Assembly (NCBI GenBank): GCA_949295085.1
Contig: CASFJS010000005.1
Location: 136,991-200,990, forward strand
DNA length: 64,000 nucleotides
Direction of reading: 5' to 3'
DNA from: an uncultured Pseudomonadota bacterium
Lineage (GTDB): Bacteria; Pseudomonadota; Alphaproteobacteria; RF32; CAG-239
The notes beneath the pieces were generated by a model. That model was not told the origin of the DNA, ran no database searches, and worked only from the letters and a program-made list of their open reading frames with translations. The translations under genes and the position numbers were made by a program. This document shows, piece by piece, positions 1 through 14,386 of this stretch (its first letter is position 1; each line of letters starts with the position of its first letter).

Positions 1-3000
1 AATTTGTCAAATATGAGCTTGAACAGCCGAAATATGATGTCGATGAGTGTATCAAGCGCGATATGACTTATGCCGCGCCGGTTAAAGCAACGCTGCGTCT
101 GGTGGTTTGGGATACCGACGAGGCAACGGGGGCTAAATCCATCCACGATATCAAAGAGCAGGATGTTTATATGGGTGATATTCCGTTGATGACGGAAAAA
201 GGCACCTTTATTTTCAACGGTACGGAGCGCGTTGTTGTTTCGCAGATGCACCGTTCGCCGGGGGTGTTTTTTGACCATGATAAAGGCAAGACGGTTTCTT
301 CCGGCAAATATTTGTTTGCCGCGCGGATTATTCCGTATCGCGGATCGTGGCTTGATTTTGAGTTTGATGCCAAAGATTTGGTTTATGCGCGAATCGATCG
401 CCGTCGTAAATTGCCGGTAACTTCGGTTTTGTACGCGTTGTATTCCAAAGAAACCGAAGAAAGAATCGCCAAGCTCAAAAAAGAAGGCAAGCATATCGAC
501 AGGGCCGAAATCAAAGGTATGGATAAGGAAGAAATTTTGCATTATTTTTATGATGTTGATACCTTTGAAGCCGTTAAAAAAGACTGGAAAGTTAAGTTTG
601 AGCCTTCACGTATGAAAGGGGTTAAGTTCAGTTTTGATCTGGTTAATGCCGAAACCGGTAAAACAGTTTGGGAAGCCGGCAAAAAACTGACGCTGCGTTC
701 GGCGCAAAAGCTGGCAGACGACGGGTTGAACTATTTTAAGATTGCCCGCGATAAGGTTATCGGCAAGTTCTTGGCCAATAATATTGTTATTGCCAAAACC
801 GGTGAGGTTTTGGCCGAGGCCGGTGACGAAATTACCGAAGATTTGTTGGATAAATTGGCCGTCAATAAGATTAATGAAATCAGGATTTTGTTTATTGACG
901 GTGTGAATGTCGGGCCGTATATCCGCAACACGCTGGCGATTGATAAGAATTCCTGCCGTGAGGAAGCTTTGTTGGATATTTACCGCGTGATGCGTCCCGG
1001 TGATCCGCCGACGTATGAGGCGGCTGATGCTTTATTCAAGGCTTTGTTCTTTGACAAAGACCGTTATGATTTGTCGTCGGTCGGCCGTGTTAAAATGAAC
1101 ATTGCACTCGACATTCCGTTTGAAGAGGCGCCGGATACCTATGGTACGTTGCGCAAAGATGATATTTTGCGTATTGTTAAGCGTATGGTTGAATTGCGCG
1201 ACGGCAAGGGTGAGGTTGACGATATCGACCATCTGGGCAACCGCCGCGTTCGTTCGGTCGGCGAGTTGATGGAAAATCAGTATCGCATGGGATTGCTCCG
1301 TATGGAAAGAGCCATTCGTGAGAGGATGTCGTCAGAGAATCTGAACAACGTTAAGCCGCAGGATCTGGTGAATGCCAAGCCGATTGCCTCGGTTATCCGC
1401 GAGTTTTTCGGTTCTTCTCAGTTGTCGCAGTTTATGGATCAGAACAACCCGTTGTCCGAGATTACGCATAAGCGCCGTTTGTCGGCTTTGGGACCCGGCG
1501 GGTTGTCACGCGATCGTGCCGGATTTGAGGTGCGCGACGTGCATCCGACGCATTACGGTCGTATCTGCCCGATTGAAACGCCGGAAGGGCCGAATATCGG
1601 TTTGATTAACTCGTTGTCAACTTATGCCCGCATTAATAAATACGGCTTTATTGAGTGTCCGTATCGCAAGGTTGTTGACGGCGTGGTTACCGACGAAGTT
1701 GTTTATTTGTCGGCTAATGAAGAGGGTAAATTCAAGATTGCCGAAGCCAATGCCAAAGTCAAAGAAGACGGTCATTTTGAAAATGAGTTGGTGGCTTGCC
1801 GTAAGGCCGGTGAGTTTGAGTATGCCAAGCCGGAAGAAATCAACTTTATCGACGTTTCGCCGAAACAGCTGGTTTCGGTGGCAACGGCTTTGATTCCGTT
1901 TTTGGAAAACGATGACGCCAACCGTGCTTTGATGGGATCAAACATGCAACGCCAAGGTGTGCCGTTGCTGCGGTCGGAAGCGCCTTTGGTCGGTACCGGG
2001 GTTGAGGCCGTGGTAGCTAAAGATTCCGGCGCAACGGTTGTTTGTAAGGCCGACGGTATTGTCGACGCGGTTGATGCCAACCGTATTGTGGTGCGTTCCA
2101 AAGACGAGCATGCCGCCAATGCCGGTGTTGAAATCTACCGGTTACAGAAATTCCGTCGTTCCAACCAGAATACCTGCATTAACCAAATTCCGCTGGTGAA
2201 AGTCGGCGACGAGGTTAAGGCCGGCGATATCATGGCTGACGGACAATGCACCGATATGGGTGAGCTGGCTTTAGGTAAAAACGTTTTGGTGGCGTTTATG
2301 CCGTGGAACGGTTTGAACTACGAAGACGCGATTTTGCTGTCGGAAAGAATTTCGCGCGATGACGTGTTTACCTCGCTGCATATTGAGGAATTTGAGGTTA
2401 TGGCCCGTGATACCAAGCTGGGTCAGGAAGAAATTACCCGCGATATTCCGAATGTCGGCGAAGACGCGCTGCGCAATTTGGATGAGGCCGGTATTGTTTA
2501 TATCGGCGCCGAAGTTAAGGCCGGTGATATTCTGGTCGGTAAGGTGACGCCGAAAGGCGAATCGCCGGTAACGCCGGAAGAAAAATTGCTGCGGGCCATT
2601 TTCGGCGAAAAGGCATCCGATGTCCGCGATACTTCCCTGCGTGTTCAGCCGGGTATTGAGGGTATTGTGGTGGATGTTCATGTCTTTTCGCGCCGCGGTG
2701 TTGAAAAAGACGAACGCGCTCTGTCGATTGAGCAGCAGGAAATTTCACAATTGGCCAAAGACCGCGACGATGAAATTGCCATTATCCGTCGCAATGTCGA
2801 GGCTCGTTTGAAAGCGATGCTTTTGGGACAGAAAGTTGTTGACGCGCCGAAGGGGACAATCGCCAAAAATGCCACCATCAGCGAAAAAGATTTAGACGGT
2901 ATGCCGTCGTCGCAGTGGCGCAAGATTGTGGTTAAAGACGAAAGCGTTATGGCTAATGTCGAGGAATTGTTAAGCGCTTTTGATGCCCGTGTTAAAAAAG

Positions 3001-3965
3001 TGCAGCAGCATTTTGACGACAAGGTGGAGAAAGTTCAGCGGGGCGATGATTTGTTGCCGGGTGTTTTGAAGATGGTTAAAGTCTTTATTGCCACCAAGCG
3101 TAAAATCCAATCCGGTGATAAGATTGCCGGTCGTCATGGTAACAAAGGTACGATTTCACGCGTTTTGCCGTTGCAGGATATGCCCTATATGGAAGACGGC
3201 ACGCCGGTTGATATCGTACTCAATCCGCTGGGTGTTCCGTCACGTATGAACGTTGGTCAAATTCTGGAAACTCACCTCGGCTGGGCGGCACAGAAACTCG
3301 GCCAGCAGGTTAATGAGTTGTGGGAACAGGTTAAGGCCGGTCAGAAGAAAGAAAAAGATCTGCGCGCCAAACTGAAAGAGATTTACGGCGAAAAGCAGTA
3401 TAAGCGCGAGATTGAAAAAATGACAACGGAAGATTTGGATCTGATGATTCCGAATCTGAAAAACGGTATTCCGATGGCAACGCCGGTTTTTGACGGCGCT
3501 ACCGGTGATGATATCAACAATATGTTGGCGATGGCCGGTTTGCCGACATCGGGACAGATTGATCTGTATGACGGTCGTACCGGCGAGAAGTTTGACCGCA
3601 AGGTTACGGTCGGCATTATCTACATGATTAAGCTGCACCATATTGTTGACGAGAAAATGCATGCCCGTTCGGTTGGGCCGTACAGTCTGGTTACCCAGCA
3701 GCCGCTCGGCGGTAAGGCGCAATTCGGCGGCCAACGTTTCGGTGAGATGGAAGTTTGGGCCTTGCAGGCATACGGCGCAGCCTATACCCTGCAGGAAATG
3801 CTCACCGTTAAGTCCGATGATGTTAACGGCCGTACAAAGGTTTATGAGGCAATCGTCAGAGGCGAAGATTCATTTGAGGCCGGCATTCCGGAGTCATTTA
3901 ATGTTTTGACTAAGGAAATTAAGTCGCTGTGCTTGAATGTTGAACTCTTGAACGATGAAATTTAA
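1..3965 (+). CDS. rpoB: DNA-directed RNA polymerase beta subunit (5' end outside window)
   Basis: Motifs [42 protein letters not shown]. The frame is open from position 3 ([16 protein letters not shown]...), upstream of the track's Met at 63. Confidence 0.99.
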   Translation, partial: FVKYELEQPKYDVDECIKRDMTYAAPVKATLRLVVWDTDEATGAKSIHDIKEQDVYMGDIPLMTEKGTFIFNGTERVVVSQMHRSPGVFFDHDKGKTVSSGKYLFAARIIPYRGSWLDFEFDAKDLVYARIDRRRKLPVTSVLYALYSKETEERIAKLKKEGKHIDRAEIKGMDKEEILHYFYDVDTFEAVKKDWKVKFEPSRMKGVKFSFDLVNAETGKTVWEAGKKLTLRSAQKLADDGLNYFKIARDKVIGKFLANNIVIAKTGEVLAEAGDEITEDLLDKLAVNKINEIRILFIDGVNVGPYIRNTLAIDKNSCREEALLDIYRVMRPGDPPTYEAADALFKALFFDKDRYDLSSVGRVKMNIALDIPFEEAPDTYGTLRKDDILRIVKRMVELRDGKGEVDDIDHLGNRRVRSVGELMENQYRMGLLRMERAIRERMSSENLNNVKPQDLVNAKPIASVIREFFGSSQLSQFMDQNNPLSEITHKRRLSALGPGGLSRDRAGFEVRDVHPTHYGRICPIETPEGPNIGLINSLSTYARINKYGFIECPYRKVVDGVVTDEVVYLSANEEGKFKIAEANAKVKEDGHFENELVACRKAGEFEYAKPEEINFIDVSPKQLVSVATALIPFLENDDANRALMGSNMQRQGVPLLRSEAPLVGTGVEAVVAKDSGATVVCKADGIVDAVDANRIVVRSKDEHAANAGVEIYRLQKFRRSNQNTCINQIPLVKVGDEVKAGDIMADGQCTDMGELALGKNVLVAFMPWNGLNYEDAILLSERISRDDVFTSLHIEEFEVMARDTKLGQEEITRDIPNVGEDALRNLDEAGIVYIGAEVKAGDILVGKVTPKGESPVTPEEKLLRAIFGEKASDVRDTSLRVQPGIEGIVVDVHVFSRRGVEKDERALSIEQQEISQLAKDRDDEIAIIRRNVEARLKAMLLGQKVVDAPKGTIAKNATISEKDLDGMPSSQWRKIVVKDESVMANVEELLSAFDARVKKVQQHFDDKVEKVQRGDDLLPGVLKMVKVFIATKRKIQSGDKIAGRHGNKGTISRVLPLQDMPYMEDGTPVDIVLNPLGVPSRMNVGQILETHLGWAAQKLGQQVNELWEQVKAGQKKEKDLRAKLKEIYGEKQYKREIEKMTTEDLDLMIPNLKNGIPMATPVFDGATGDDINNMLAMAGLPTSGQIDLYDGRTGEKFDRKVTVGIIYMIKLHHIVDEKMHARSVGPYSLVTQQPLGGKAQFGGQRFGEMEVWALQAYGAAYTLQEMLTVKSDDVNGRTKVYEAIVRGEDSFEAGIPESFNVLTKEIKSLCLNVELLNDEI

Positions 3966-3972
3966 GGTATAA

Positions 3973-8157
<4,185 letters not shown>

Positions 8158-8175
8158 AAGAAGCCAAACTTACGG

Positions 8176-8207
8176 AAACTCCCGCAGTGTTTTTGCGGGA
8201 GTTTTTT
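8176..8207 (+). terminator. Intrinsic terminator after rpoC
   Basis: aaactcccgca / tgcgggagttt hairpin followed by T-run. Confidence 0.85.
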
Positions 8208-8219
8208 GTGATGGATTGA

Positions 8220-8247
8220 TTGACAAAGGCGGTTTTTATGTTAAATT
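8220..8247 (+). promoter_or_regulatory. Sigma70-type promoter for small ORF
   Basis: TTGACA-N16-TAAATT with TG just upstream of the -10. Confidence 0.55.
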
Positions 8248-8289
8248 CGGGCGAGGAATGAGAATTATTATAAAATTAAAGTATAGATT

Positions 8290-8469
8290 ATGGGATATGA
8301 AATTTTAAAAATCACAACAATGGTTTTGATTGTTTTGACGTTTTCGGTACTGGTTACGTTTGTTTGTGTCAAATGTACGGATTTCGCGATATTTGTGCGC
8401 AAACGTAAAAAGCAACGGCAAAGAGAAAGAAGAAAACAGCGCTTGGAGATGCTAAAGCAAAATCAGTAA
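8290..8469 (+). CDS. Unannotated 59-aa small membrane protein (hydrophobic helix plus basic tail)
   Basis: Hand translation: MGYEILKITTMVLIVLTFSVLVTFVCVKCTDFAIFVRKRKKQRQRERRKQRLEMLKQNQ. Bracketed by a promoter and a terminator; below the 60-aa track cutoff. Confidence 0.7.
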   Translation: MGYEILKITTMVLIVLTFSVLVTFVCVKCTDFAIFVRKRKKQRQRERRKQRLEMLKQNQ

Positions 8470-8470
8470 C

Positions 8471-8509
8471 AAAAAACGTTTGCCGGGGCAGACCGGGCAA
8501 ACGTTTTTT
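8471..8509. terminator. Bidirectional terminator
   Basis: aaaaaacgtttgcc / ggcaaacgtttttt inverted repeat between convergent ORFs. Confidence 0.85.
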
Positions 8510-8525
8510 GGTATCAATATCAGAT

Positions 8526-9557
8526 TTACAAACCGTGAGCCGCTTTATAGGCTTTGATTTGTTTAAGATTTTTGAGGTGTTTTTTCTGCAATTCTTTTTT
8601 ATGGTTATCAAAATTGCTGTGGGTGCCGGAGCCTTTGATGTTTTGGCCTTTATCACCGGCCCGGCTGACCAGCTGCCATACTTGCTGCTGATCTTGAGCC
8701 GACAGATTTTCGGTGGCGGCTTTTTGGAGAAGAATGGTGTTTTCGGCATTAGGCTGCACCAAAGAAGCCACGGTAATGGTGTGAGCCAGATGTTCCATAC
8801 TTTCGTCCTGAGGGACGCTGAGCCGCCCCTCTTTTATTTGGTTGTTTAAGTTATTGTATAATTGGTCGCGGCCGCTTGTACCGAGGTGGATTTCCAAAGC
8901 GGTATCATAGTAGTTTTTATAGATTTTGGCTAAGGTATCGGACATTGCGGTTTGCGGTTCGATTGTGAATGTTTTGGCCGAGGTTTTGGTTGTGTCTGCG
9001 CGGGGAACAAAATTTTCAATTTTGTTTTGTTGCGGCGATTTATGAGCCTGTCTGGCCAGTTTGCCGCCGCCGACCAAAATGCCGGCCAAGATAACCAGAC
9101 CGATAAGTTTATCTTTGTTGCGACGGAAAAAAGACGGCTTTTTCGGATTGGACACGGAGGCTTTGGGTGCGGGGCGCGGGGTTGGTTTTTGGTGCGTTGA
9201 ATGGAAAATGCCAGCTATGCGACGGCTTAAAATACCGGCATTATAGTAATTCCACGCCTGAAAACGACGCAGTATTCCGGGACGGTTGCTGGAAGATATC
9301 CAATTTAGGCGGTCAAAACCTTTGTAAGCATCCTCGGTGACGGTACGATGTTTGATATAACCAAAAGTGCGGAGATAGGTGTACATCATATCGCAGTCGG
9401 AGGGGGTAACACCGTAGCGTCCTTTGACAAAACGGTGAATTTTTTTGGCTGCCTGAAGTTTGATTTTGGTTGCTTTTGTTTGATTAAAGAGCTGGGCAAA
9501 ATAGTATTGACGTAAATCGCGGCGCAGCTCTTTGTTTTTTAATATTACATTGTGCAT
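8526..9557 (-). CDS. Hypothetical protein with one central transmembrane helix
   Basis: 343-aa ORF, AAGGA SD, upstream TTGACA-N17-TACGGT, TM segment LIGLVILAGILVGGG. Confidence 0.8.
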   Translation of the reverse strand: MHNVILKNKELRRDLRQYYFAQLFNQTKATKIKLQAAKKIHRFVKGRYGVTPSDCDMMYTYLRTFGYIKHRTVTEDAYKGFDRLNWISSSNRPGILRRFQAWNYYNAGILSRRIAGIFHSTHQKPTPRPAPKASVSNPKKPSFFRRNKDKLIGLVILAGILVGGGKLARQAHKSPQQNKIENFVPRADTTKTSAKTFTIEPQTAMSDTLAKIYKNYYDTALEIHLGTSGRDQLYNNLNNQIKEGRLSVPQDESMEHLAHTITVASLVQPNAENTILLQKAATENLSAQDQQQVWQLVSRAGDKGQNIKGSGTHSNFDNHKKELQKKHLKNLKQIKAYKAAHGL

Positions 9558-9702
9558 GGTATTCCTTTTTTATGAAAAGTGACGAATGGGGGCACCGTAC
9601 TCTTTTTTGGATATTTTGTCAATATCTGTTTTTTATTACAGCTTGAAATCTGCCGGAAAATCTTTAATATGTACGTCCGGGGGAGTATGATTAAGGATAA
9701 AG

Positions 9703-11508
9703 ATGTTTGATATTCAAAAAGGTTTGGAAAATTTAAGAAAACATATTAAAGTTGCGCCGGAAAAACCGGGTGTCTACCGGATGATTGATGCCGGCGGGAC
9801 GGTGCTTTATGTCGGCAAGGCCAAAAATATCAAAAAAAGGATTGTTGCTTATTCGCATTTGAACAAATTGCCGCGGCGGTTGCAGCAGATGGTGGCGCAG
9901 ATTGAGCGGATGGAGTTTATTGTCGTTGAAAATGAGGCCAGAGCCCTGTTGGTTGAGAATGAGCTGATTAAAAGATATTCGCCGCGTTATAATATTCTTT
10001 TGAAAGACGACAAGACTTTTCCTCATTTGATGATTAATATGGAGGCGGAATTTCCGAGGTTGTCAAAATATCGCGGTACGCGCAAGGACAAAAATAAATA
10101 TTTCGGGCCGTTTGCCAGTGTGGCGGCAGTGAATGAAGCGTTGGATATTTTGCAGAAGGTGTTTTTACTGCGTTCCTGCCGCGATAATGTTTTCAAGAAC
10201 AGGCAAAGGCCTTGTCTTATGTATCAAATCAAACGGTGTTCGGCACCGTGTGTGGGGAAAATATCGGCGGCGGATTATAAAGAACTGGTTAAAAAAGCGA
10301 TAGATTTTTTGGAGGGAAAAAACACCGAAATACAAAAGGAATTATCCGAACAGATGGAAGAAGCCAGTCGTCGCCAAGATTTTGAGACGGCTTTAGTTTT
10401 GCGGGACCGAATCAGGGCATTGAGCACTATTCAGGCGCGGCAAAATGTTGAATATTCCAAACTGATGTCGGCCGATGTTATCGGTATTGCCGAGGAAAAG
10501 GGATTGTTCGGAATTGAGATATTTTTTATCCGGTCGGGACAAAATTGCGGTAATGCGGTTTATTTTCCGAGCCAGACCGAGGGTGCCGGAAGCAAAGAGG
10601 TTTTGGAGGCTTTTCTGGGCGAATTTTACAATAATCATGAGCCTGGAAAAGAAATTATTGTCGGGGAAGAACCCGAAAATACGGATTTTTGGCAGCAGGC
10701 ACTTAAAACAAAAGTTATTTGTCCGAAAAGCGGCAATAAATACAAGTTGGCGCAGTTTGCCGAGCAAAATGCCCGTGACGCCATCAGACGAAAAATGGCT
10801 TTGGAAGCTTCGGTTAAAACCAATTTGGAAGCTTTTCGCGAGCGGTTTGGTTTGGCGCATATGCCCAAAAGAATTGAGGTGTATGACAACTCGCACAATC
10901 AGGGAAGCTATGCCATCGGCGCCATGATTGTGGCGACACCGGACGGTTTTGATAAGAAAAATTACCGCACTTTCAATATCAAATATACCGACAACACGCA
11001 TGATGACTTTGCCATGATGCGCGAGGTTTTGCGGCGGCGGTTTGATAAAATGACGCCGGAAAATAAACCGGATGTCATTTTGCTGGACGGCGGCAGGGGG
11101 CAATTAAACGCCGTGTATGAGGCTCTTAAAGATTATGATTTAACGGATATTGCCATTATCGGTATTTCGAAAGGACCGGACCGCAATGCCGGCAAAGAAT
11201 TTTATCATATGAAAGACAAAGAAAGTTTTGAACTGGAATATCGGTCACCTTTGGCCTTTTATCTGCAAAATCTGCGTGATGAGGCACACCGGTTTGCTAT
11301 TGGTACGCACCGGAAGAAACGTGCTAAATCAATGTATAAGTCATCGTTGGATGAAATTGAGGGTATCGGCAGTAGGCGCAAGGCCGACTTGTTGAGGCAT
11401 TTTGGTTCGGCTCGGGATGTGGCGGAAGCTGATGTTGCCGATTTGCAAAAAGTGGAGGGAATCAGTAAAAAAACGGCGGAAAAAATATATAACTACTTCC
11501 ATAATTAG
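9703..11508 (+). CDS. uvrC: Excinuclease ABC subunit C
   Basis: GIY-YIG N-terminus (PGVY..LYVGKAKN), RIEVYDNSH, DGGRGQL, RDEAHRFAI, C-terminal HhH. Confidence 0.98.
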   Translation: MFDIQKGLENLRKHIKVAPEKPGVYRMIDAGGTVLYVGKAKNIKKRIVAYSHLNKLPRRLQQMVAQIERMEFIVVENEARALLVENELIKRYSPRYNILLKDDKTFPHLMINMEAEFPRLSKYRGTRKDKNKYFGPFASVAAVNEALDILQKVFLLRSCRDNVFKNRQRPCLMYQIKRCSAPCVGKISAADYKELVKKAIDFLEGKNTEIQKELSEQMEEASRRQDFETALVLRDRIRALSTIQARQNVEYSKLMSADVIGIAEEKGLFGIEIFFIRSGQNCGNAVYFPSQTEGAGSKEVLEAFLGEFYNNHEPGKEIIVGEEPENTDFWQQALKTKVICPKSGNKYKLAQFAEQNARDAIRRKMALEASVKTNLEAFRERFGLAHMPKRIEVYDNSHNQGSYAIGAMIVATPDGFDKKNYRTFNIKYTDNTHDDFAMMREVLRRRFDKMTPENKPDVILLDGGRGQLNAVYEALKDYDLTDIAIIGISKGPDRNAGKEFYHMKDKESFELEYRSPLAFYLQNLRDEAHRFAIGTHRKKRAKSMYKSSLDEIEGIGSRRKADLLRHFGSARDVAEADVADLQKVEGISKKTAEKIYNYFHN

Positions 11509-11558
11509 AATTTATGTCCTACTATGGGGAAAAACTAACTTCTCAGGGACATAAGGAC

Positions 11559-12251
11559 ATGTATAATCTTCCTAATCTGCTGACAATATCGCGTATTGTC
11601 GTTATTCCGGTTATCTTTTTGTCGGTTTATATTACATCAATGTGGTGGGCCGTATTTACGGCAATTTTGTTTATCGTGGCGTCCATTACCGATTATTTTG
11701 ACGGCTATTTGGCACGGGCCCGCGGCGAGACTTCGGCTCTCGGGCGGTTGTTGGATCCGATTGCCGATAAGCTGTTGGTTACGTCGGCTTTGGTGGTGTT
11801 GTTGGCCAAACCCGGAATGGTCGAGTATAAAATCAGTTTTATTCCGGTTATTGTTATTCTTTGTCGTGAGATACTGGTTTCCGGTTTGAGGGAATTTTTG
11901 CGTGAAGTTAATGTCGGGTTGCCGGTGACGCGTTTGGCCAAGTGGAAAACGGGTTTTCAGATGACGGCGCTGTCAATGATGTTGTTGAAAGGTGTTTGGT
12001 ATTGGGGCGGTATCGGCGAGTTTTTGTTATGGATTGCCGGTGTTTTGACCTTTTTGACGGGGTATCAGTATTTTCAAAAGAGTCTGGATTATATTTGCGA
12101 GACCGAAAAGTGTGCCAAGGTTCCGCCAATGCCCAAATTGCTTAAAACAAAACCGGTTGTTAAGGCCGAAAAGGCTTTGTCGCGTCAAAAAAAGCCTGCC
12201 GGTAAAAAGCCTGCCGGTAAAAAGAAAAAAACAATCAAAAAAGCCAAATAA
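11559..12251 (+). CDS. pgsA: CDP-diacylglycerol--glycerol-3-phosphate 3-phosphatidyltransferase with Lys-rich C-terminal tail
   Basis: NLPNLLT, DYFDGYLAR...GRLLDPIADK; uvrC-pgsA synteny; start placed at the ATG after AAGGA. Confidence 0.96.
   Translation: MYNLPNLLTISRIVVIPVIFLSVYITSMWWAVFTAILFIVASITDYFDGYLARARGETSALGRLLDPIADKLLVTSALVVLLAKPGMVEYKISFIPVIVILCREILVSGLREFLREVNVGLPVTRLAKWKTGFQMTALSMMLLKGVWYWGGIGEFLLWIAGVLTFLTGYQYFQKSLDYICETEKCAKVPPMPKLLKTKPVVKAEKALSRQKKPAGKKPAGKKKKTIKKAK
12189..12218 (+). repeat. 15-bp tandem duplication encoding KKPAG x2
   Basis: aaaaagcctgccggt repeated twice. Confidence 0.9.
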
Positions 12252-12269
12252 ATCATATGGGCCGTTTTA

Positions 12270-12956
12270 ATGGAGAAAGAACAGAAACATATTTTGGTGG
12301 TTGATGATGATACGCGTCTGAGGCGTTTGTTGCAACGTTTTTTGCGCGAAAACGGTTTTCTGGTTTCAACCGCCAAGGACGCCGACGAAGCGCGGTTGAT
12401 GTTGAAACAATATCGGTTTAGTTTGCTTATTGTCGACGTGATGATGCCTAAGGAAAACGGCGTGGATTTTTTACGGCAGTTTAGGCAGGAAAGCTCGGTT
12501 CCGGTGATTATGTTAACGGCTATGGGCAATGTTGAAGATCGAATTGCCGGTTTGGAGCAGGGGGCGGATGACTATATGTCCAAGCCGTTTGAGCCGAAGG
12601 AATTGTTGTTGAGAATTGCCAGTGTTTTGAAACGGACGCCGGCGGAAAAGAAAGAAACGCAAAAACTTGATTTGGGATTGTATGTTTTTGATATGCAAAG
12701 CAAAGAGTTGGTTTCCAAACAAGGGAATGTTATGCATATTACGCCGGTTGAACAAAGTTTGCTCAGTATTCTCGGAATGAAAAGCGGGCAGGTGTTTTCA
12801 CGGGAGAAATTATCGGAAATTCTCGGAGCCGGACAGTCGCCGCGGTCAATAGACGTGCAAATTACACGGTTGAGAAAGAAAATAGAAAGGGATTCAAAAA
12901 ATCCCCGCTATTTGCAGACTTTGCGCGGTAAAGGTTATATGTTGCTGGTTGATTGA
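12270..12956 (+). CDS. ompR: OmpR-family response regulator
   Basis: Receiver (VVDDD, DVMMP, GADDYMSKPF) plus winged helix (RSIDVQITRLRKKIE). Confidence 0.9.
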   Translation: MEKEQKHILVVDDDTRLRRLLQRFLRENGFLVSTAKDADEARLMLKQYRFSLLIVDVMMPKENGVDFLRQFRQESSVPVIMLTAMGNVEDRIAGLEQGADDYMSKPFEPKELLLRIASVLKRTPAEKKETQKLDLGLYVFDMQSKELVSKQGNVMHITPVEQSLLSILGMKSGQVFSREKLSEILGAGQSPRSIDVQITRLRKKIERDSKNPRYLQTLRGKGYMLLVD

Positions 12957-13007
12957 ACCGGGAGTGCGGGCAAAGTATAAAGTAAAGCGGAATTTGGGGA
13001 GCGAACA

Positions 13008-14369
13008 ATGCATTTGAGATTGCCGCAAAAGCTTGAAGACAAGGTAACTTTCTGGCGCCGGAGGTTGCTGCCGAGAACATTGTTCTTCCGGACGATGTTG
13101 TTGATATTTATTCCGTTGATTGTCGTGCAGATTGTTTCGGTCGTGGTGTTCTTTGACGGTAGTTGGAGCCGGATGGGGCGCCGTTTGTCAGAGAATCTGG
13201 TTGATGAGATGAATATGATTATCGCCCTTAAAGAAGACGGAATGCCGCTTGAAAAAATTCAGGATTTGGCACAGAAAGGATTTCAGATCAGGGTGCATTT
13301 TTATGATGCGGCGCAAGGTAATGACGTTAAGCACAGGTTTGCGGCCAATCCGATGGTGATTGCATATTTGAAAGAAGCGATGGAGCACGCTTTTACCGAG
13401 GATAAATGGAGTATTTCGGTTGATGAAAGTCAGGACAACAACAGTGATTTGATTATTTTTGTTGAGAAAGAAAATGTTATCTACGAGTTTGTTTGTGCCA
13501 AGAAAAAAATATTTTCGACCTCTATTTTTATGTTTGTGGTGTGGATGGTGGCCACGTCGATACTGTTGTTTTTGGTCTCGGTTATGTTTTTGCGCATACA
13601 GGTGCGGGCCATTGCCGATTTGGCGCGGACGGCCGAAAATTTCGGTAAAGGTATTGATGACGACGGTTTTAAGCCTTATGGTTCATCGGAAGTGCGCAAA
13701 GCCGGATATGCTTTTATTAAGATGAAAGAGCGTATTTGGCGGCAGATTATGGAGCGCACCCAGATGCTGGCCGGAATTTCGCATGATTTGCGTACGCCGT
13801 TGACCCGAATGAAACTGGCGACGACAATGATGGAAAATTCGCCGGATAAAAAAGATTTTTTGGCCGATATTGATGAAATGGAAAAAATGCTAAACGGCTA
13901 TTTGGCCTTTGTGCGCGGTGAGGGCGATGAGACGGCTGTTCTGGTGGATCTTAACAAACTGGTGGGAGAAATCGTTGGTCGATTTGCCTCACAACGGATT
14001 AAAATTAAGTATTTTTCCAAAGATGAAACTATCGAGATATGCGCAAAAGAACAGGCGTTGCGGCGGGCCATTACAAATATTGTGGCTAATGCCGGCCGAT
14101 ATGGTAAAAAAATCGAGGTGCGGGTTGAAAAAATCGGGCGTAAAGTGAGAGTTATTGTTGATGATAATGGTCCCGGAATTCCGAAAGATAAAAGAGAAGC
14201 CGTTTTCAGAGCTTTTTATCGTTTGGATAATTCGCGTAATAAAGAGACCGGCGGTATTGGTCTCGGACTGGCCATTACCAAAGATATTATTACCGCGCAC
14301 GGCGGGCACATTCAGTTGGAAGACGGTTCGTTGGGCGGGTTACGCGTGATTATAGAATTGCCGCTTTAG
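13008..14369 (+). CDS. envZ: EnvZ-like sensor histidine kinase
   Basis: Two TM helices, HAMP, H-box SHDLRTPLTR, N/G boxes DNGPGI and GGIGLGL. Confidence 0.88.
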   Translation: MHLRLPQKLEDKVTFWRRRLLPRTLFFRTMLLIFIPLIVVQIVSVVVFFDGSWSRMGRRLSENLVDEMNMIIALKEDGMPLEKIQDLAQKGFQIRVHFYDAAQGNDVKHRFAANPMVIAYLKEAMEHAFTEDKWSISVDESQDNNSDLIIFVEKENVIYEFVCAKKKIFSTSIFMFVVWMVATSILLFLVSVMFLRIQVRAIADLARTAENFGKGIDDDGFKPYGSSEVRKAGYAFIKMKERIWRQIMERTQMLAGISHDLRTPLTRMKLATTMMENSPDKKDFLADIDEMEKMLNGYLAFVRGEGDETAVLVDLNKLVGEIVGRFASQRIKIKYFSKDETIEICAKEQALRRAITNIVANAGRYGKKIEVRVEKIGRKVRVIVDDNGPGIPKDKREAVFRAFYRLDNSRNKETGGIGLGLAITKDIITAHGGHIQLEDGSLGGLRVIIELPL

Positions 14370-14386
14370 AATGACGGGGTGGAAAA

